From positions 14,785 through 78,784 of the forward strand of contig NZGN01000018.1 of assembly GCA_002691045.1 (NCBI GenBank): a stretch of 64,000 nt of DNA. The letters run 5' to 3'. Of the stretch, positions 20,244 to 31,835 are shown one piece after another (the first letter of the stretch is position 1; the number at the start of each line of letters is the position of its first letter). The DNA comes from Marinovum sp. Lineage in GTDB: Bacteria > Pseudomonadota > Alphaproteobacteria > Rhodobacterales > Rhodobacteraceae. The position numbers and the translations under genes were made by a program. The notes beneath the pieces are model-generated. The model worked only from the letters and a program-made list of their open reading frames with translations. It ran no database searches and was not told the origin of the DNA.

Positions 20244-22430
20244 ATGCAAAGGAAATCAGAAATTTTACTAGAGCATGCGCCAGACGAACCCGTTGGGAGT
20301 CGTGAGAAATTAGAAGGCGGCAAAAAGTTCGTTTTGAACACAGAGTTTACCCCTGCAGGAGATCAACCCAGTGCCATAAAGGAACTTGTTAATGGCATCC
20401 TTGCAAATGAACAAGATCAAGTACTCTTGGGAGCGACAGGAACTGGTAAAACTTTCACAATGGCGCACATAATTGAGAGCACTCAAAAACCTGCGATAAT
20501 ATTAGCTCCTAATAAAACTCTAGCAGCTCAATTATATGGTGAATTTAAAGGTTTTTTCCCAGACAATGCTGTTGAATATTTTGTCAGCTACTATGACTAT
20601 TATCAACCTGAAGCGTACGTGCCAAGGTCTGATACCTATATCGAAAAAGAAAGCCAGATAAATGAGCAGATCGATCGAATGCGCCACTCGGCTACTCGAG
20701 CGCTTTTGGAAAGGGATGATGTGGTCATAGTTGCATCAGTTTCTTGCATTTACGGAATAGGCTCAGTTGAAACATATGGCGCGATGACACAAGACCTTAA
20801 ATCTGGGAATTCATACGATCAAAGGCAAGTTATGGCTGATTTGGTAGCTCAGCAATATCGTCGAAATGATCAAGCTTTTCAAAGAGGTTCTTTTCGAGTA
20901 AGGGGTGATGTTTTAGAAATTTTCCCTGCACACTTAGAAGATCGCGCTTGGAGGCTTTCTTTTTTTGGTGAAGAACTGGAAAACATTTTTGAATTTGATC
21001 CACTCACAGGTGAAAAAACCAACAGCTTAGAGCGGGTTCGGGTTTATGCTAATTCGCACTACGTGACACCAAAGCCAACAATGCAACAAGCGATGATAGG
21101 AATAAAAAAGGAGCTAAGAAAAAGACTGGATAATCTTGTATCAGAGGGAAAACTGCTCGAAGCACAAAGGCTTGAGCAACGGACTAATTTTGATCTTGAA
21201 ATGTTAGAAGCTACAGGCGTCTGCAACGGTATCGAAAATTATTCAAGATATCTTACAGGAAGGGCCCCAGGAGAGCCTCCACCAACTCTATTTGAATTTA
21301 TACCCGATAACGCCATTGTTTTTGCAGATGAAAGTCATGTTAGCATTCCACAAATTGGAGGAATGTACCGTGGGGACTACAGAAGAAAATTCACACTGGC
21401 AGAACATGGATTTCGCCTTCCGTCATGTATGGATAACAGACCTCTGAAATTTGAGGAATGGGATGCCATGCGACCACAGTCAATTTATGTTTCAGCAACT
21501 CCCGGTGGATGGGAATTAGATCAAACGGGCGGTGTATTTACTGAACAAGTTATTAGACCCACCGGGCTTCTTGATCCTGAAGTAGAAATTCGACCAGTAG
21601 AAATGCAAGTTGATGACCTTTTAGATGAAGTTAAAAGAGTTGCTCAGAGTGGTTTCAGAACTCTAGTAACAACTCTTACAAAAAGAATGGCTGAAGATCT
21701 TACTGAATATTTAAACGAACAGGGTGTACGGGTTCGATATATGCACTCTGATATCGATACTATTGAACGAATTGAAATACTTCGAGATTTAAGATTAGGT
21801 GCTTTTGACGTTTTGGTAGGCATTAATCTTTTAAGAGAAGGTTTAGATATACCAGAATGTGGTTTAGTCGCAATTTTAGATGCTGACAAAGAAGGTTTTC
21901 TACGTTCCGAGACATCCCTTATTCAAACTATTGGTAGAGCAGCAAGAAATGAAAATGGAAAAGTCATCATGTATGCTGATCGTATCACTGGATCTATGGA
22001 GCGAGCCATTGCAGAAACTGACAGAAGACGTGCCAAGCAAGTACAATATAATCAAGAAAATGGCATTACACCTGAAACCGTGAAGAAAAATGTCGATGAC
22101 ATTTTAGCCGGCTTTTACAAGGGCGATACGGATCAGTCTAGGGTCACAGCAACAATTAAAAAACCAATGGCTGGAGCTAATCTACAAACTGTTCTTGAAG
22201 GAATGCGCACAGACATGCGGAAAGCTGCTGAAAATTTAGAATTTGAAGAAGCTGCAAAACTTAGAGATGAAATTCAGCGATTGGAAGCAGTTGATCTAGC
22301 TGTGGCAGATGACCCTTTAGCTAGACAAAGTGCTATAGAGGCTATCTCAAATTCAGATAAGCCTAGGTCTACAGCTGGTCGCGGTGGCACTCGCGCTTAT
22401 AGAGGAAAGAGTAAACCAAAACTAAATTAA
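20244..22430 (+). CDS. uvrB: Excinuclease ABC subunit B
   Basis: [32 protein letters not shown] and UVR domain. Confidence 0.98.
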   Translation: MQRKSEILLEHAPDEPVGSREKLEGGKKFVLNTEFTPAGDQPSAIKELVNGILANEQDQVLLGATGTGKTFTMAHIIESTQKPAIILAPNKTLAAQLYGEFKGFFPDNAVEYFVSYYDYYQPEAYVPRSDTYIEKESQINEQIDRMRHSATRALLERDDVVIVASVSCIYGIGSVETYGAMTQDLKSGNSYDQRQVMADLVAQQYRRNDQAFQRGSFRVRGDVLEIFPAHLEDRAWRLSFFGEELENIFEFDPLTGEKTNSLERVRVYANSHYVTPKPTMQQAMIGIKKELRKRLDNLVSEGKLLEAQRLEQRTNFDLEMLEATGVCNGIENYSRYLTGRAPGEPPPTLFEFIPDNAIVFADESHVSIPQIGGMYRGDYRRKFTLAEHGFRLPSCMDNRPLKFEEWDAMRPQSIYVSATPGGWELDQTGGVFTEQVIRPTGLLDPEVEIRPVEMQVDDLLDEVKRVAQSGFRTLVTTLTKRMAEDLTEYLNEQGVRVRYMHSDIDTIERIEILRDLRLGAFDVLVGINLLREGLDIPECGLVAILDADKEGFLRSETSLIQTIGRAARNENGKVIMYADRITGSMERAIAETDRRRAKQVQYNQENGITPETVKKNVDDILAGFYKGDTDQSRVTATIKKPMAGANLQTVLEGMRTDMRKAAENLEFEEAAKLRDEIQRLEAVDLAVADDPLARQSAIEAISNSDKPRSTAGRGGTRAYRGKSKPKLN

Positions 22431-22463
22431 AATTTCGATTAACCTACAAGATTCACATTATCT

Positions 22464-22862
22464 CTATGCGGAAAAGTCACTCGCTTCGATAATACTAACA
22501 CCGGAGATTTTCCAAATACCAGCAACGTTCTTCATAAAATATTTTAGTAGAAAAAGTTTATCGTTTTGATCAGTAATACGTACAATCTGAGAATATCCTT
22601 GCGGTGTCTCTTCTAGATTTAAAAATTCAAAATTGTTATACCGCCAAACCATAGGGTAACCTTTCTTAACCATATTAGAAAAGTTCTCTACTGTACCAAA
22701 GATATCTTTTATTCCTGGACTTGCATGAGTGAAAGCCTCAATAAAATTATCTGATGCAAAGGCTCTTAATTGATCAGAAATTGTACTTTGAATATCGGCT
22801 TTTTCGTCCGCAAACAATAATGTGGACATGGAAAGAAAAAAAACAGCTATTAATCGTATCAC
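22464..22862 (-). CDS. DUF4864-like exported protein
   Basis: Signal peptide, I..QL.AF...AF..ASP.I...F....NF..MV..GYPMVW and W.I.GV motifs. Confidence 0.75.
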   Translation of the reverse strand: MIRLIAVFFLSMSTLLFADEKADIQSTISDQLRAFASDNFIEAFTHASPGIKDIFGTVENFSNMVKKGYPMVWRYNNFEFLNLEETPQGYSQIVRITDQNDKLFLLKYFMKNVAGIWKISGVSIIEASDFSA

Positions 22863-22907
22863 GACAACCTCCTAGTACCAGAGGAGATAAATCAAAAAGT
22901 TAGTCCG

Positions 22908-24488
22908 TCAATCCTTTACAAAGACACCATCTAGAGCTTTTTCAATTAAATCGACCGTTTCTTCTACACCATAAAGTGCAATAAAACCACCAAATCTTGG
23001 ACCTTGATCAGCTCCCAAAAGGACTTGATATAATGCCTTGAACCAATCTCTCAAGGGATCAAATTTATCCCTTCCACATGCAAAAACTATGGACTGGAGT
23101 TCTTCAGCATCTCGATCACCAGTGAAGTTTCGCAACTTATCACGCAAATCTATCAATGCCTCTTTCTCAGTAGCAGTGGCTAATCTATAAACTTTCTTTG
23201 GCTTAACAAAATCATTATAATAAGAGATTGCAAATGACGCAGCTTGATCAAGTTGAGGGTTGTTCTCAGGAGACGCATCTTGTGCGTATTTTTTTATAAA
23301 TCCCCAAAGTTGTCTCTTATCTTCAGCGTTAGCTACCGCGGCAAGATTTAGTAACATACTGAATGGAACAACCATGTCAGACTTAGGCACGTTATTCCCG
23401 TGTATGTGAAAAACTGGATTTGTTGCTTTGGATTTAAAATCTTGCGCCTCATAAGCCCTCAACTGCTGATGATATTCGTCGACAGCTTTGGGGATTACAT
23501 CAAAATATAAACGCTTCGCTGTTTTTGGTTTTTGATACATGAAGTAACTGAGACTTTCAGGACTTGCATAGGTCAACCACTCATCTATCGATATTCCATT
23601 TCCAGAGGACTTTGAAATTTTTTGACCCTGATCGTCCAAAAACAATTCATACGTAAAATGTTCTGGAGGTCTATGGCCCAATATTCTGCAAATACGATCA
23701 TAAATCGGAGTATTAGTTGAATGATCTTTACCATACATTTCGAAGTCCACTCCAAGAGCAGCCCAACGCGCACCAAAATCTGGCTTCCACTGAAATTTTA
23801 CGTTGCCACCAGTAACGGGTAGCGTCCAAGATTTACCGTCTTCATCATCAAAAGAAACCGTATAATCGGTCACATTTACTTCCTTAATAGGAACATACAA
23901 AACACGACCAGTCTCTGGATGTATTGGTAGAAAAATAGAGTATGTTTTTTTTCTCTCTTCACGCAAAGATTTTAACATGACTTGCATTATATCATCATAA
24001 CATTCCACTGCTCTTTTTAGAGTTCGATCAAACGCTCCAGATTTGTAAAACTCTGTTGCAGAATAGAAGTCATATTCAAATCCAAAGGTATCAAGAAACC
24101 TTCGTAACATAACATTATTATGGTGACCAAAGCTTTCAAATTTATCAAAAGGATCAGGCACTGAAGTTAATGGCTTTTGGATATAATCCTTTAAAATCTC
24201 TTGTTTAGGTACATTACCAGGAACTTTCCTCATGCCATCCAAATCATCTGAAAAACAAATTAATTTAGCAGGAATATCGCTTATTTCACGAAAAGCCTTA
24301 ATAATCATTGTAGTACGCGCTACTTCTCCAAACGTCCCAATATGAGGTAAACCAGATGGGCCGTAACCCGTTTCGAATAATACATAGCCTTTTTCTGGGG
24401 GTGAGTTCTCGTAGCGCTTTAATATCCGACGCGCCTCCTCAAATGGCCAAGCTTTTGAAACCATTCCCGTTTCGCGCATTTCAAACAT
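22908..24488 (-). CDS. lysS: Lysine--tRNA ligase, class I
   Basis: [26 protein letters not shown] and GPRFG motifs. ATG 24488 follows a GGAGA RBS. Confidence 0.96.
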   Translation of the reverse strand: MFEMRETGMVSKAWPFEEARRILKRYENSPPEKGYVLFETGYGPSGLPHIGTFGEVARTTMIIKAFREISDIPAKLICFSDDLDGMRKVPGNVPKQEILKDYIQKPLTSVPDPFDKFESFGHHNNVMLRRFLDTFGFEYDFYSATEFYKSGAFDRTLKRAVECYDDIMQVMLKSLREERKKTYSIFLPIHPETGRVLYVPIKEVNVTDYTVSFDDEDGKSWTLPVTGGNVKFQWKPDFGARWAALGVDFEMYGKDHSTNTPIYDRICRILGHRPPEHFTYELFLDDQGQKISKSSGNGISIDEWLTYASPESLSYFMYQKPKTAKRLYFDVIPKAVDEYHQQLRAYEAQDFKSKATNPVFHIHGNNVPKSDMVVPFSMLLNLAAVANAEDKRQLWGFIKKYAQDASPENNPQLDQAASFAISYYNDFVKPKKVYRLATATEKEALIDLRDKLRNFTGDRDAEELQSIVFACGRDKFDPLRDWFKALYQVLLGADQGPRFGGFIALYGVEETVDLIEKALDGVFVKD

Positions 24489-24601
24489 TTTATTCTCCAA
24501 TTAATTAAATTTAATTTGTTCTACAAAAACTCATGCTTACTATTGCTACAAATCAAATTGGTCAATATTCTGAATTTGAGCTCTTCCAAAGGAGACACGT
24601 T

Positions 24602-25033
24602 ATGTCCAGTGAAGTAACGCCGATTTTAACAGCCCAAGATTGCCTGGTGGCAATGATGATGGCAATAGCAATCTCAGACAGTAATATCAGAACAGCAGAA
24701 TTGGTAAAAATTCAATCAGCAGTAAATAATTTACCCATTTTTGCTGAGTATGATATTGACCGATTAAATATCATTTCTCAGACTGTATTTGATTTGTTTG
24801 AGCAAGAAGATGGTTTAGATGCCTTGTTTGGCCTAGTAAGAGATCACTTACCATCGGAACTGAATGAAACTGTCTACGCATTGTGTTGTGACGTAGCAGC
24901 AGCAGATGGGTTAATTTTTGAGCCTGAGTTAAGGTTACTAGAAGAAATGAGATATGAATTAAATATTGATCGTCTTCACGCAGCCGCAATCGAAAGAGGT
25001 TCAAAGGCTCGGCATATGATAATTAACAAATAA
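24602..25033 (+). CDS. TerB family protein
   Basis: ET.YAL.CDVAAADG....E.RLLEE and LHAAAIERG motifs. ATG 24602 follows AGGAGA. Confidence 0.8.
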   Translation: MSSEVTPILTAQDCLVAMMMAIAISDSNIRTAELVKIQSAVNNLPIFAEYDIDRLNIISQTVFDLFEQEDGLDALFGLVRDHLPSELNETVYALCCDVAAADGLIFEPELRLLEEMRYELNIDRLHAAAIERGSKARHMIINK

Positions 25034-25053
25034 AACAATCGTAAATCGGTTGG

Positions 25054-25623
25054 TTATTTTTTCCTGATATCTGAACTAGAAATGTTCATCATAGGCATAT
25101 TTGCAAAGCACCAAACAGGCGAAGTAGAATAAGGCAGGTATCTGCCTGCATTTGCTGGTAGACGGTAGTTTTTATAAATCCTTGCTGCTTTTGAATTTAA
25201 TCCTGTCTGCCGAGAGTTTGGCCGAGCAAGAACCCCGACCGGGCAACTTTCTATTATCCACCTCCAGTTTTTCCATAAATGAAATTGGGCCAAGTTATCT
25301 GAGCCCATTAGCCAAACAAATTTTGTTTTAGGGTAATTATGAAAAAAAAAGTCTAACGTTTCCCAAGAGTATCGTAGACCTTTTTCAGCCTCTACCGATG
25401 AAATAATGATTTTAGGGCTACCAATAATATTTTTTGCACCCGTAACTCTTGAGACAATTGGCGCAGGTGCTTTTGGTTTCAGTGGATTACCAGGGCTTAT
25501 AAGCCAAATTACTTGATCCAAATTGAAATGCTTTGCAGCTTCAAAAGAGAAATTTACGTGTCCCAAATGTGCTGGATCAAATGATCCACCAAATAGCCCT
25601 ATTTTCTTGTTATCTAAAAACAT
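25054..25623 (-). CDS. nadD: Nicotinate-nucleotide adenylyltransferase
   Basis: GLFGGSFDPAHLGH, SPGNPLK, WLMGSDNL and ISSS.IR motifs. Confidence 0.92.
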   Translation of the reverse strand: MFLDNKKIGLFGGSFDPAHLGHVNFSFEAAKHFNLDQVIWLISPGNPLKPKAPAPIVSRVTGAKNIIGSPKIIISSVEAEKGLRYSWETLDFFFHNYPKTKFVWLMGSDNLAQFHLWKNWRWIIESCPVGVLARPNSRQTGLNSKAARIYKNYRLPANAGRYLPYSTSPVWCFANMPMMNISSSDIRKK

Positions 25624-25805
25624 TGAATAGGAATTTCCCCTAGCTCATTTCAGTTATAGTGAAATTTATAATAAATTCTATAAAATCGCCTCTGAATAAT
25701 TTTACAAGCAATAACAAGCTTTAATCCGCATTTTCAGACTAAAAGATTGCTCATCAACTAATGAGAGCGTATCGTTTGTCGAAGTTGTAAATAGTGGAGT
25801 AAACA

Positions 25806-27461
25806 ATGGCGGCTTATCAATACGTTTATCATATGCAGGGTGTTTCAAAAACCTACCCAGGTGGTAAAAAATGCTTTGAAAATATTCACCTAAGCTTTTT
25901 ACCTGGTGTAAAAATAGGCGTGGTTGGAGTTAATGGTGCAGGTAAATCAACTTTAATGAAAATTATGGCGGGTTTAGATAAGGACTTTTCCGGGGAGGCT
26001 TGGTCTGCTGAAGGAGCAAAAGTTGGCTATTTACCACAAGAGCCTGAATTAGATTTAACAAAAAATGTGCGCGAAAACGTAATGCTAGGTGTTGCTCCGA
26101 AGAAAGAAATTCTCGATCGTTACAACGATTTAGCAATGAATTATTCTGACGATACAGCTGAAGAAATGGCAACGCTTCAGGATAAAATTGATGCAGAAAA
26201 TTTATGGGATTTAGATAGTCAAATAGACGTGAGCATGGAGGCTCTTCGATGCCCACCTGACGATGCTGACGTAAGCACACTATCGGGGGGTGAAAAGCGC
26301 CGTGTAGCGCTGTGTAAGCTTCTGCTTGAAGCTCCAGAAATGTTATTACTTGATGAACCAACAAACCATTTGGATGCAGAAACAATTGCTTGGTTACAAC
26401 AACATTTAATTGATTATAAGGGCACGATTCTAATTGTAACACACGATAGATATTTCCTAGATGATATAACTGGATGGATACTAGAATTAGACCGCGGGCG
26501 TGGTATTCCATATGAAGGAAATTATTCAAGCTGGTTAGAGCAAAAAGCTAAAAGATTAGAACAAGAATCACGCGAAGACAAAACGCGTCAAAAAACTTTA
26601 GAACGTGAATTAGAGTGGATGCGACAGGGCCAAAAAGCACGTCAGGCCAAACAGAAAGCCAGGATTAATGCTTACAACGATTTAGCATCACAATCCGAAC
26701 GAGAAAAAATATCCAAAGCTCAAATCGTTATACCAAATGGACCAAGGTTGGGTGAAAAAGTAATTGAGGTGGAGAATTTAAATAAAGTAATGGGAGATAA
26801 ACTTCTCATTGAAAATCTTAGTTTTAATTTACCGCCAGGAGGTATTGTTGGCGTAATTGGTCCAAACGGTGCTGGGAAATCAACTCTTTTCAAAGTTCTT
26901 ACCAGACAGGAAAATCAAGATTCGGGGTCGGTGAACTATGGTGACACTGTTCAATTATCTTATGTAGACCAATCCAGGGATGATTTAAAAGACGGTGAAA
27001 CCGTTTGGGAAGCAATTTCAGGTGGGGCTGAAGTTATTGAATTAGGAGATGCTCAAGTAAATTCGCGAGCCTATTGTTCTTCATTTAATTTTAAAGGCGG
27101 TGACCAGCAAAAGAAAGTTTCTTTATTATCCGGAGGTGAACGCAACAGAGTTCATATGGCTCGCCTCTTGAAATCAGGCGGCAATGTTTTGTTATTAGAT
27201 GAACCTACAAATGATTTGGATGTCGAAACACTCCGCGCCCTCGAAGACGCACTTGTAGATTTCGCTGGCTGCGCTGTTGTAATCTCCCACGATCGCTTCT
27301 TCCTGGATAGGATTTGCACACACATACTGGCGTTCGAAGGTGATGCCCAGGTAGAATGGTTCGAAGGCAATTTTGAAGATTACGAGGAAGACAAAAAAAG
27401 GCGGCTTGGTCCAGACGCACTTGAACCTAAAAGGATAAAACATAAAAAATTCACACGCTAG
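25806..27461 (+). CDS. ettA: Energy-dependent translational throttle protein EttA (ABC-F)
   Basis: Two ABC domains (GVNGAGKS, GPNGAGKS), LSFLPGVKIG and ELEWMRQ linker. Confidence 0.95.
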   Translation: MAAYQYVYHMQGVSKTYPGGKKCFENIHLSFLPGVKIGVVGVNGAGKSTLMKIMAGLDKDFSGEAWSAEGAKVGYLPQEPELDLTKNVRENVMLGVAPKKEILDRYNDLAMNYSDDTAEEMATLQDKIDAENLWDLDSQIDVSMEALRCPPDDADVSTLSGGEKRRVALCKLLLEAPEMLLLDEPTNHLDAETIAWLQQHLIDYKGTILIVTHDRYFLDDITGWILELDRGRGIPYEGNYSSWLEQKAKRLEQESREDKTRQKTLERELEWMRQGQKARQAKQKARINAYNDLASQSEREKISKAQIVIPNGPRLGEKVIEVENLNKVMGDKLLIENLSFNLPPGGIVGVIGPNGAGKSTLFKVLTRQENQDSGSVNYGDTVQLSYVDQSRDDLKDGETVWEAISGGAEVIELGDAQVNSRAYCSSFNFKGGDQQKKVSLLSGGERNRVHMARLLKSGGNVLLLDEPTNDLDVETLRALEDALVDFAGCAVVISHDRFFLDRICTHILAFEGDAQVEWFEGNFEDYEEDKKRRLGPDALEPKRIKHKKFTR

Positions 27462-27512
27462 AGAATGCGATGGCTTAGATAAAAATAACCCTGCAACATA
27501 AGGAATACAAAA

Positions 27513-28280
27513 ATGCAATTTGCAACCTTCCACGATTTAGAAGATCAAAGTGTTTTTATCACTGGAAGGGGATCTGGCATTGGAGCAGATTTAACTAAAG
27601 GTTTCTTATCGCAGGGTGCTAAAGTAACCTTCGTTCAAAGATCTAACCCAGAAAAATTTCTGGCTGAGTGTGAAGGTAAATATAAATATGAGCCAACCTT
27701 TCTAAAGTGTGATGTGAGCCACATAAAAGAATTAAAATTTGCTTTACAGACAACTGCAAAAAAACAAGGTGCAGTCACTGTCTTGGTCAATAATGCAGCT
27801 AACGATACACGCCATACACTGGATGAGTTTACTCCAGAGCAGTGGGACCAAACGATGGAAGTAAACTTGAAACCACATTTTTTTGCTGCACAGGAAGTAG
27901 TTGAAGGAATGAAAATTAGCGGTGGAGGATCGATCATCAACTTTTCGTCAATTTCCTACATGATGGGGAATGAAGGATATCCAGCGTATGCAACTGCCAA
28001 GTCTGCTATTACGGGTTTGACTCGCTCTTTGGCGCGGGAGTTAGGTCCTCATAGCATTCGTGTAAATGCAATTATGCCGGGTTGGGTTTTAACAAAAAGA
28101 CAGATGAAATTGTGGGCAACAGAAGAAGGACTATCAAAACATTTAGATCGGCAATGCCTCAAAGAGCATCTATCTGGACCTGATATTGTGGGAGGCACTT
28201 TATTTTTGGCCTCTGGCACCTCAAAAATGATGACCTCCCAAGCACTCGTTATAGACGGTGGTGTAGTAGTTACTGGATGA
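27513..28280 (+). CDS. SDR sugar dehydrogenase, probable D-galactose 1-dehydrogenase
   Basis: NNAANDTRH, YATAK and PGWVLT.RQ motifs of the XylB/GalD-type SDRs. First gene of the dgoK-dgoA cluster. Confidence 0.75.
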   Translation: MQFATFHDLEDQSVFITGRGSGIGADLTKGFLSQGAKVTFVQRSNPEKFLAECEGKYKYEPTFLKCDVSHIKELKFALQTTAKKQGAVTVLVNNAANDTRHTLDEFTPEQWDQTMEVNLKPHFFAAQEVVEGMKISGGGSIINFSSISYMMGNEGYPAYATAKSAITGLTRSLARELGPHSIRVNAIMPGWVLTKRQMKLWATEEGLSKHLDRQCLKEHLSGPDIVGGTLFLASGTSKMMTSQALVIDGGVVVTG

Positions 28281-29188
28281 GTAAGTTGAAAGATATTTCT
28301 TGGATTGCTGCTGACTGGGGCACATCAAATTTACGTGTCTGGGCCCTGGATCAAAATGGAAGTATTGTAAACACTATAAACCAGGGTAAAGGTATGTCTG
28401 CACTTTTACCAAGTGAATTTGAACCATATTTTATGGGACTTATTGAAAAATGGCTTCCTGAAAAAACTGAAACGGAATGTCCTGTAGTTATTTGTGGCAT
28501 GGCAGGAGCAAAAACAGGATGGAAAGAAGCATCATATATGGAAGCACCCTGCTCTCCCATAAATCCTGACAAAACGACCTGGGTTCAGACAATCGACCAA
28601 CGCATTTCTGTCAGAATCCTACCAGGTATCATGCAGGCATCACCATCAGATGTAATGCGCGGCGAGGAGACACAAATTGCTGGTTACTTATCAAAAAAAC
28701 CAAATTTTGACGGGGTTATTTGTCTTCCAGGAACCCATACAAAATGGGTTCACATAAGTGCTGGTGAAATAATAAGTTTCAGAACATTTATGACAGGTGA
28801 AATTTTTCAATTATTGTCTGAATATTCTATCTTAAAAAATTCTGTGAAAAGCGATAAGATTGATACGGACTCCTTTTTACAAGCTTTCGAAGATACATAT
28901 TCAAATCCTGCTCTTTTTTCTTCCAAGCTCTTTGGAATCCGCGCTACAGATCTCTTAGAAAATATTCCTACTAAATTGCTTAAAGCAAAACTGTCTGGAT
29001 ATCTGATCGGATCTGAATTAGCGGGTTCAAAAAGCTATTGGTTGGGTCGAGATATAGTTATGATAGGAAATGACAAGTTATGCGTTTTATACGAAAAAGC
29101 ACTCAAAAAATTAGGTTTAAATATCTCTTTGGAAAACACACAAGACATAACTCTAAACGGTCTGAAACAAGCATATTTTAATAGGTAA
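28277..29188 (+). CDS. dgoK: 2-dehydro-3-deoxygalactonokinase
   Basis: DWGTSNLR, CGMAG, DVMRGEETQ, LPGTHTKW and FMTGE motifs. Confidence 0.95.
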   Translation: MSKLKDISWIAADWGTSNLRVWALDQNGSIVNTINQGKGMSALLPSEFEPYFMGLIEKWLPEKTETECPVVICGMAGAKTGWKEASYMEAPCSPINPDKTTWVQTIDQRISVRILPGIMQASPSDVMRGEETQIAGYLSKKPNFDGVICLPGTHTKWVHISAGEIISFRTFMTGEIFQLLSEYSILKNSVKSDKIDTDSFLQAFEDTYSNPALFSSKLFGIRATDLLENIPTKLLKAKLSGYLIGSELAGSKSYWLGRDIVMIGNDKLCVLYEKALKKLGLNISLENTQDITLNGLKQAYFNR

Positions 29189-29193
29189 AATCT

Positions 29194-29811
29194 ATGACTA
29201 AAAATCGTGAATTGATAGCAATTCTAAGAGGCTTAACGACAGATAGATGCATCAGAGTAAGTGAAATTTTGATAGCTGCGGGATTTAATAAGCTAGAAGT
29301 ACCTCTAAATTCTCCTAAGCCACTAGATACAATTCTAGCTATGCAAGAAAAATTTGGATCTTCAGTAATAATCGGTGCTGGAACAGTCACAAAAGTCAGT
29401 GAGGTGAACAATCTTTCAGGTTTGGGCTGTCAGATGATTGTATCGCCCAATACGGATAAAGATGTAATTAAAGCAACTAAAGACAAAGGCATGCTTTCAT
29501 TTCCTGGTGTGTTAACACCATCTGAATGCTTTTCAGCAATTAATTCTGGAGCAGATGCCCTTAAAATTTTTCCGGCTTTTAAACTTGGGATTGATGGTTT
29601 TAAAGCAATGAAAGCTGTTTTGCCAAGTGATGTTAAAACTTACGGTGTGGGCGGTATTAATGAAAATCATTTCCATGAATGGTTATTAGCGGGTCTAACG
29701 GGGTTTGGAATTGGATCTAATCTATTTCATCCATCTATGAATGATGATGATATTCAAACTACAGCAAAAAAAATCGTAATAGAATACGATAGCTGGTTTG
29801 CTGAAAGATGA
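29194..29811 (+). CDS. dgoA: 2-dehydro-3-deoxy-6-phosphogalactonate aldolase
   Basis: IAILRG, EVPLNSP, GAGTV, VSPN and LKIFPA motifs. Confidence 0.92.
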   Translation: MTKNRELIAILRGLTTDRCIRVSEILIAAGFNKLEVPLNSPKPLDTILAMQEKFGSSVIIGAGTVTKVSEVNNLSGLGCQMIVSPNTDKDVIKATKDKGMLSFPGVLTPSECFSAINSGADALKIFPAFKLGIDGFKAMKAVLPSDVKTYGVGGINENHFHEWLLAGLTGFGIGSNLFHPSMNDDDIQTTAKKIVIEYDSWFAER

Positions 29812-30665
29812 TGAAAGTTTTCGATAAGACGAAATGTAAATTGGGAGAAGGCCCCTTGTGGCATCCTATTCGTCAGGAACTTTTTTGGTTCGATATACTG
29901 TCCTCAAAAATGTTTCACAAAAAAACCCCTGATCAACATCCCATCGTGCACGAATTCAATAGAATGGTATCAGCAGCTGGCTGGGTCAATAAAAACGTTC
30001 TTCTGATAGCCTCTGAAACCAATTTATTTTTGTACGATTTGAATACAAGAGTAGAAAAACACCTTATTGATTTGGAGAAAGACAATCTTAAAACACGATC
30101 AAACGATGGAAGGTCTGACCCATGGGGCGGTTTTTGGATTGGAACAATGGGGAAAAATTGTGAACCAGATGCTGGGGCTATTTATCGATATTTTGAGGGT
30201 AAATTAAAACTAATAATTTCCAAAGTTACTATCAGCAATTCAATCTGTTTCTCTCTAGACAAAAAATATTGTTATTTTTCTGATACAGCCAAGAAAAATA
30301 TTATGCGTATAGAATTAGACAGCGACAACGGCAGCCCCATTAAAAATTCTGAAATTTTTATTGATTTGGCCGATGAAGTCGTTGCACCAGATGGATCAGT
30401 CGTTGATGGGTCAGGAAATATATGGAATGCGCAGTGGGGATCATCACGAGTAGCTAGATATGATTTATATGGAAATTTTCGAGAACAAGTGTCAGTGCAA
30501 GCATCCCAAACCTCTTGTCCAGCCTTTGGTGGAGCAAATCTTTCGACACTCTTTGTGACAAGCGCAAATGAAGGTGTAGAGGAAAAATTTTCAGGCTGTA
30601 CTTTTTATTGTGATACACAATTTACAGGTCAGCAGGAGAATCGCGTAATAATTACTCAGCAATAA
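29808..30665 (+). CDS. SMP-30/gluconolactonase family (probable galactonolactonase)
   Basis: LGEGPLW, RSNDGR.DP.G.FW.GTM, PDG..VD and CPAFGG motifs. Confidence 0.88.
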   Translation: MMKVFDKTKCKLGEGPLWHPIRQELFWFDILSSKMFHKKTPDQHPIVHEFNRMVSAAGWVNKNVLLIASETNLFLYDLNTRVEKHLIDLEKDNLKTRSNDGRSDPWGGFWIGTMGKNCEPDAGAIYRYFEGKLKLIISKVTISNSICFSLDKKYCYFSDTAKKNIMRIELDSDNGSPIKNSEIFIDLADEVVAPDGSVVDGSGNIWNAQWGSSRVARYDLYGNFREQVSVQASQTSCPAFGGANLSTLFVTSANEGVEEKFSGCTFYCDTQFTGQQENRVIITQQ

Positions 30666-30694
30666 AAATAAATTTACGAAACTAGGCAAAACTT

Positions 30695-31693
30695 ATGTTT
30701 GTTTATGGAAAAATGCCCAATGGAGACGATGTTTTCCAAATCACTCTCGAAAGTAATGACCTTCAGCTTAAAGTGCTAAGTTTGGGTGCCATCATTCAGG
30801 ATCTCCGAATGAAAAATACAAATCATCCTCTGGTACTTGGATATCCAAAATTGGAGCCTTATTTCGAAAATTCCGGCAAATTAGGCGCTATGGTTGGCAG
30901 ATATGCCAACAGAATTGCTAATGGAACAGCAACCATTGAGGGCAAAATTTATTCCTTTGATAAGAACCAAAACAAAACTCACACTTTGCATGGAGGGTCA
31001 GACGGATCAGCTGTTAGGAATTGGAAAATTATTCAGTACAATAAATCTATGGTGACATTTCTTGACAAACTTCCAGACGGGCACATGGGATTCCCAGGAA
31101 ACCTAACGGTTGAAACCACTTACAAAGTCGCCCAATCTACAATTGATATCGTTATAGAAGCAAGTACAGACAAAACAACATTATGTAATTTTACTAATCA
31201 CAGTTACTTTAATTTGGATGGTACAAAAAACATAGCAAACCACCAATTGATGGTGGAATGTGATAAGGTTCTTCCGGTTGATGAAAATGGAATACCAATT
31301 TCTGGGCCCATTTTTGCAAAAGATTTAGATTTAGACTTCAAAACTGCTCGGACATTAAACAACAACGGCGATCCAATTGAGATTGACCATAATTTTTGTA
31401 TTTCAAAAACTCAGCAAAATCTGCGAAGAAATGCCTGCGTTACTGCCAAAAACATTTCGCTTGAACTATTTTCAACCGAACCTGGTCTTCAGGTCTATAC
31501 AGGAAAAGGGTTAAATAGCGGAAATGAAAAAATCTTGGGTAAATATCCATATAGAGAATTCGCCGGTATTGCTCTTGAACCACAAATTTGGCCAGACGCA
31601 CCAAATCAAATAGACTTTCCTAATCCTTTATTGCAGCCAGGTGATAAGTATAAACATCACACGAGACTTAAATTCAGTAGAACCAAAATTTAA
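30695..31693 (+). CDS. galM: Aldose 1-epimerase (galactose mutarotase)
   Basis: GRYANRI, HTLHGG, GFPGN, TNHSYFNL, DHNF and ALEPQ..PD motifs. Confidence 0.92.
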   Translation: MFVYGKMPNGDDVFQITLESNDLQLKVLSLGAIIQDLRMKNTNHPLVLGYPKLEPYFENSGKLGAMVGRYANRIANGTATIEGKIYSFDKNQNKTHTLHGGSDGSAVRNWKIIQYNKSMVTFLDKLPDGHMGFPGNLTVETTYKVAQSTIDIVIEASTDKTTLCNFTNHSYFNLDGTKNIANHQLMVECDKVLPVDENGIPISGPIFAKDLDLDFKTARTLNNNGDPIEIDHNFCISKTQQNLRRNACVTAKNISLELFSTEPGLQVYTGKGLNSGNEKILGKYPYREFAGIALEPQIWPDAPNQIDFPNPLLQPGDKYKHHTRLKFSRTKI

Positions 31694-31708
31694 AGGACAC
31701 TGTGTTAG

Positions 31709-31785
31709 TGGCGGCCCCTGAAGGACTCGAACCCTCAACCTGCCGATTAGAAGTCGGCTGCTCTATCCAGTTGAGCTAAGGAGCC
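31709..31785 (-). tRNA. tRNA-Arg(TCT)
   Basis: Reverse complement GGCTCCTTAGCTCAACTGGATAGAGCAGCCGAC-TTCTAA-TCGGCAGGTTGAGGGTTCGAGTCCTTCAGGGGCCGCCA. Cloverleaf, T-loop GTTCGA, encoded CCA. Confidence 0.96.
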
Positions 31786-31835
31786 ATACGGCCTCTCTAA
31801 AGCTAAAAACAGCTAAGTTCAAAGGTAAAATAAAA

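Noticed and set aside
22908-24488. Class I (archaeal-type) LysRS as a sign of horizontal transfer
   Set aside because: Class I LysRS is normal in many Alphaproteobacteria, including Rhodobacterales.
24602-25033. TerB as part of a tellurite or phage defence island
   Set aside because: It is a solitary gene in a housekeeping context (lysS, nadD) with no other ter genes.
25963-26529. 188-aa antisense ORF within ettA, and the many other 60-150 aa nested ORFs in the track
   Set aside because: They lie wholly inside well-supported genes on the opposite strand or another frame and have no recognisable motifs.
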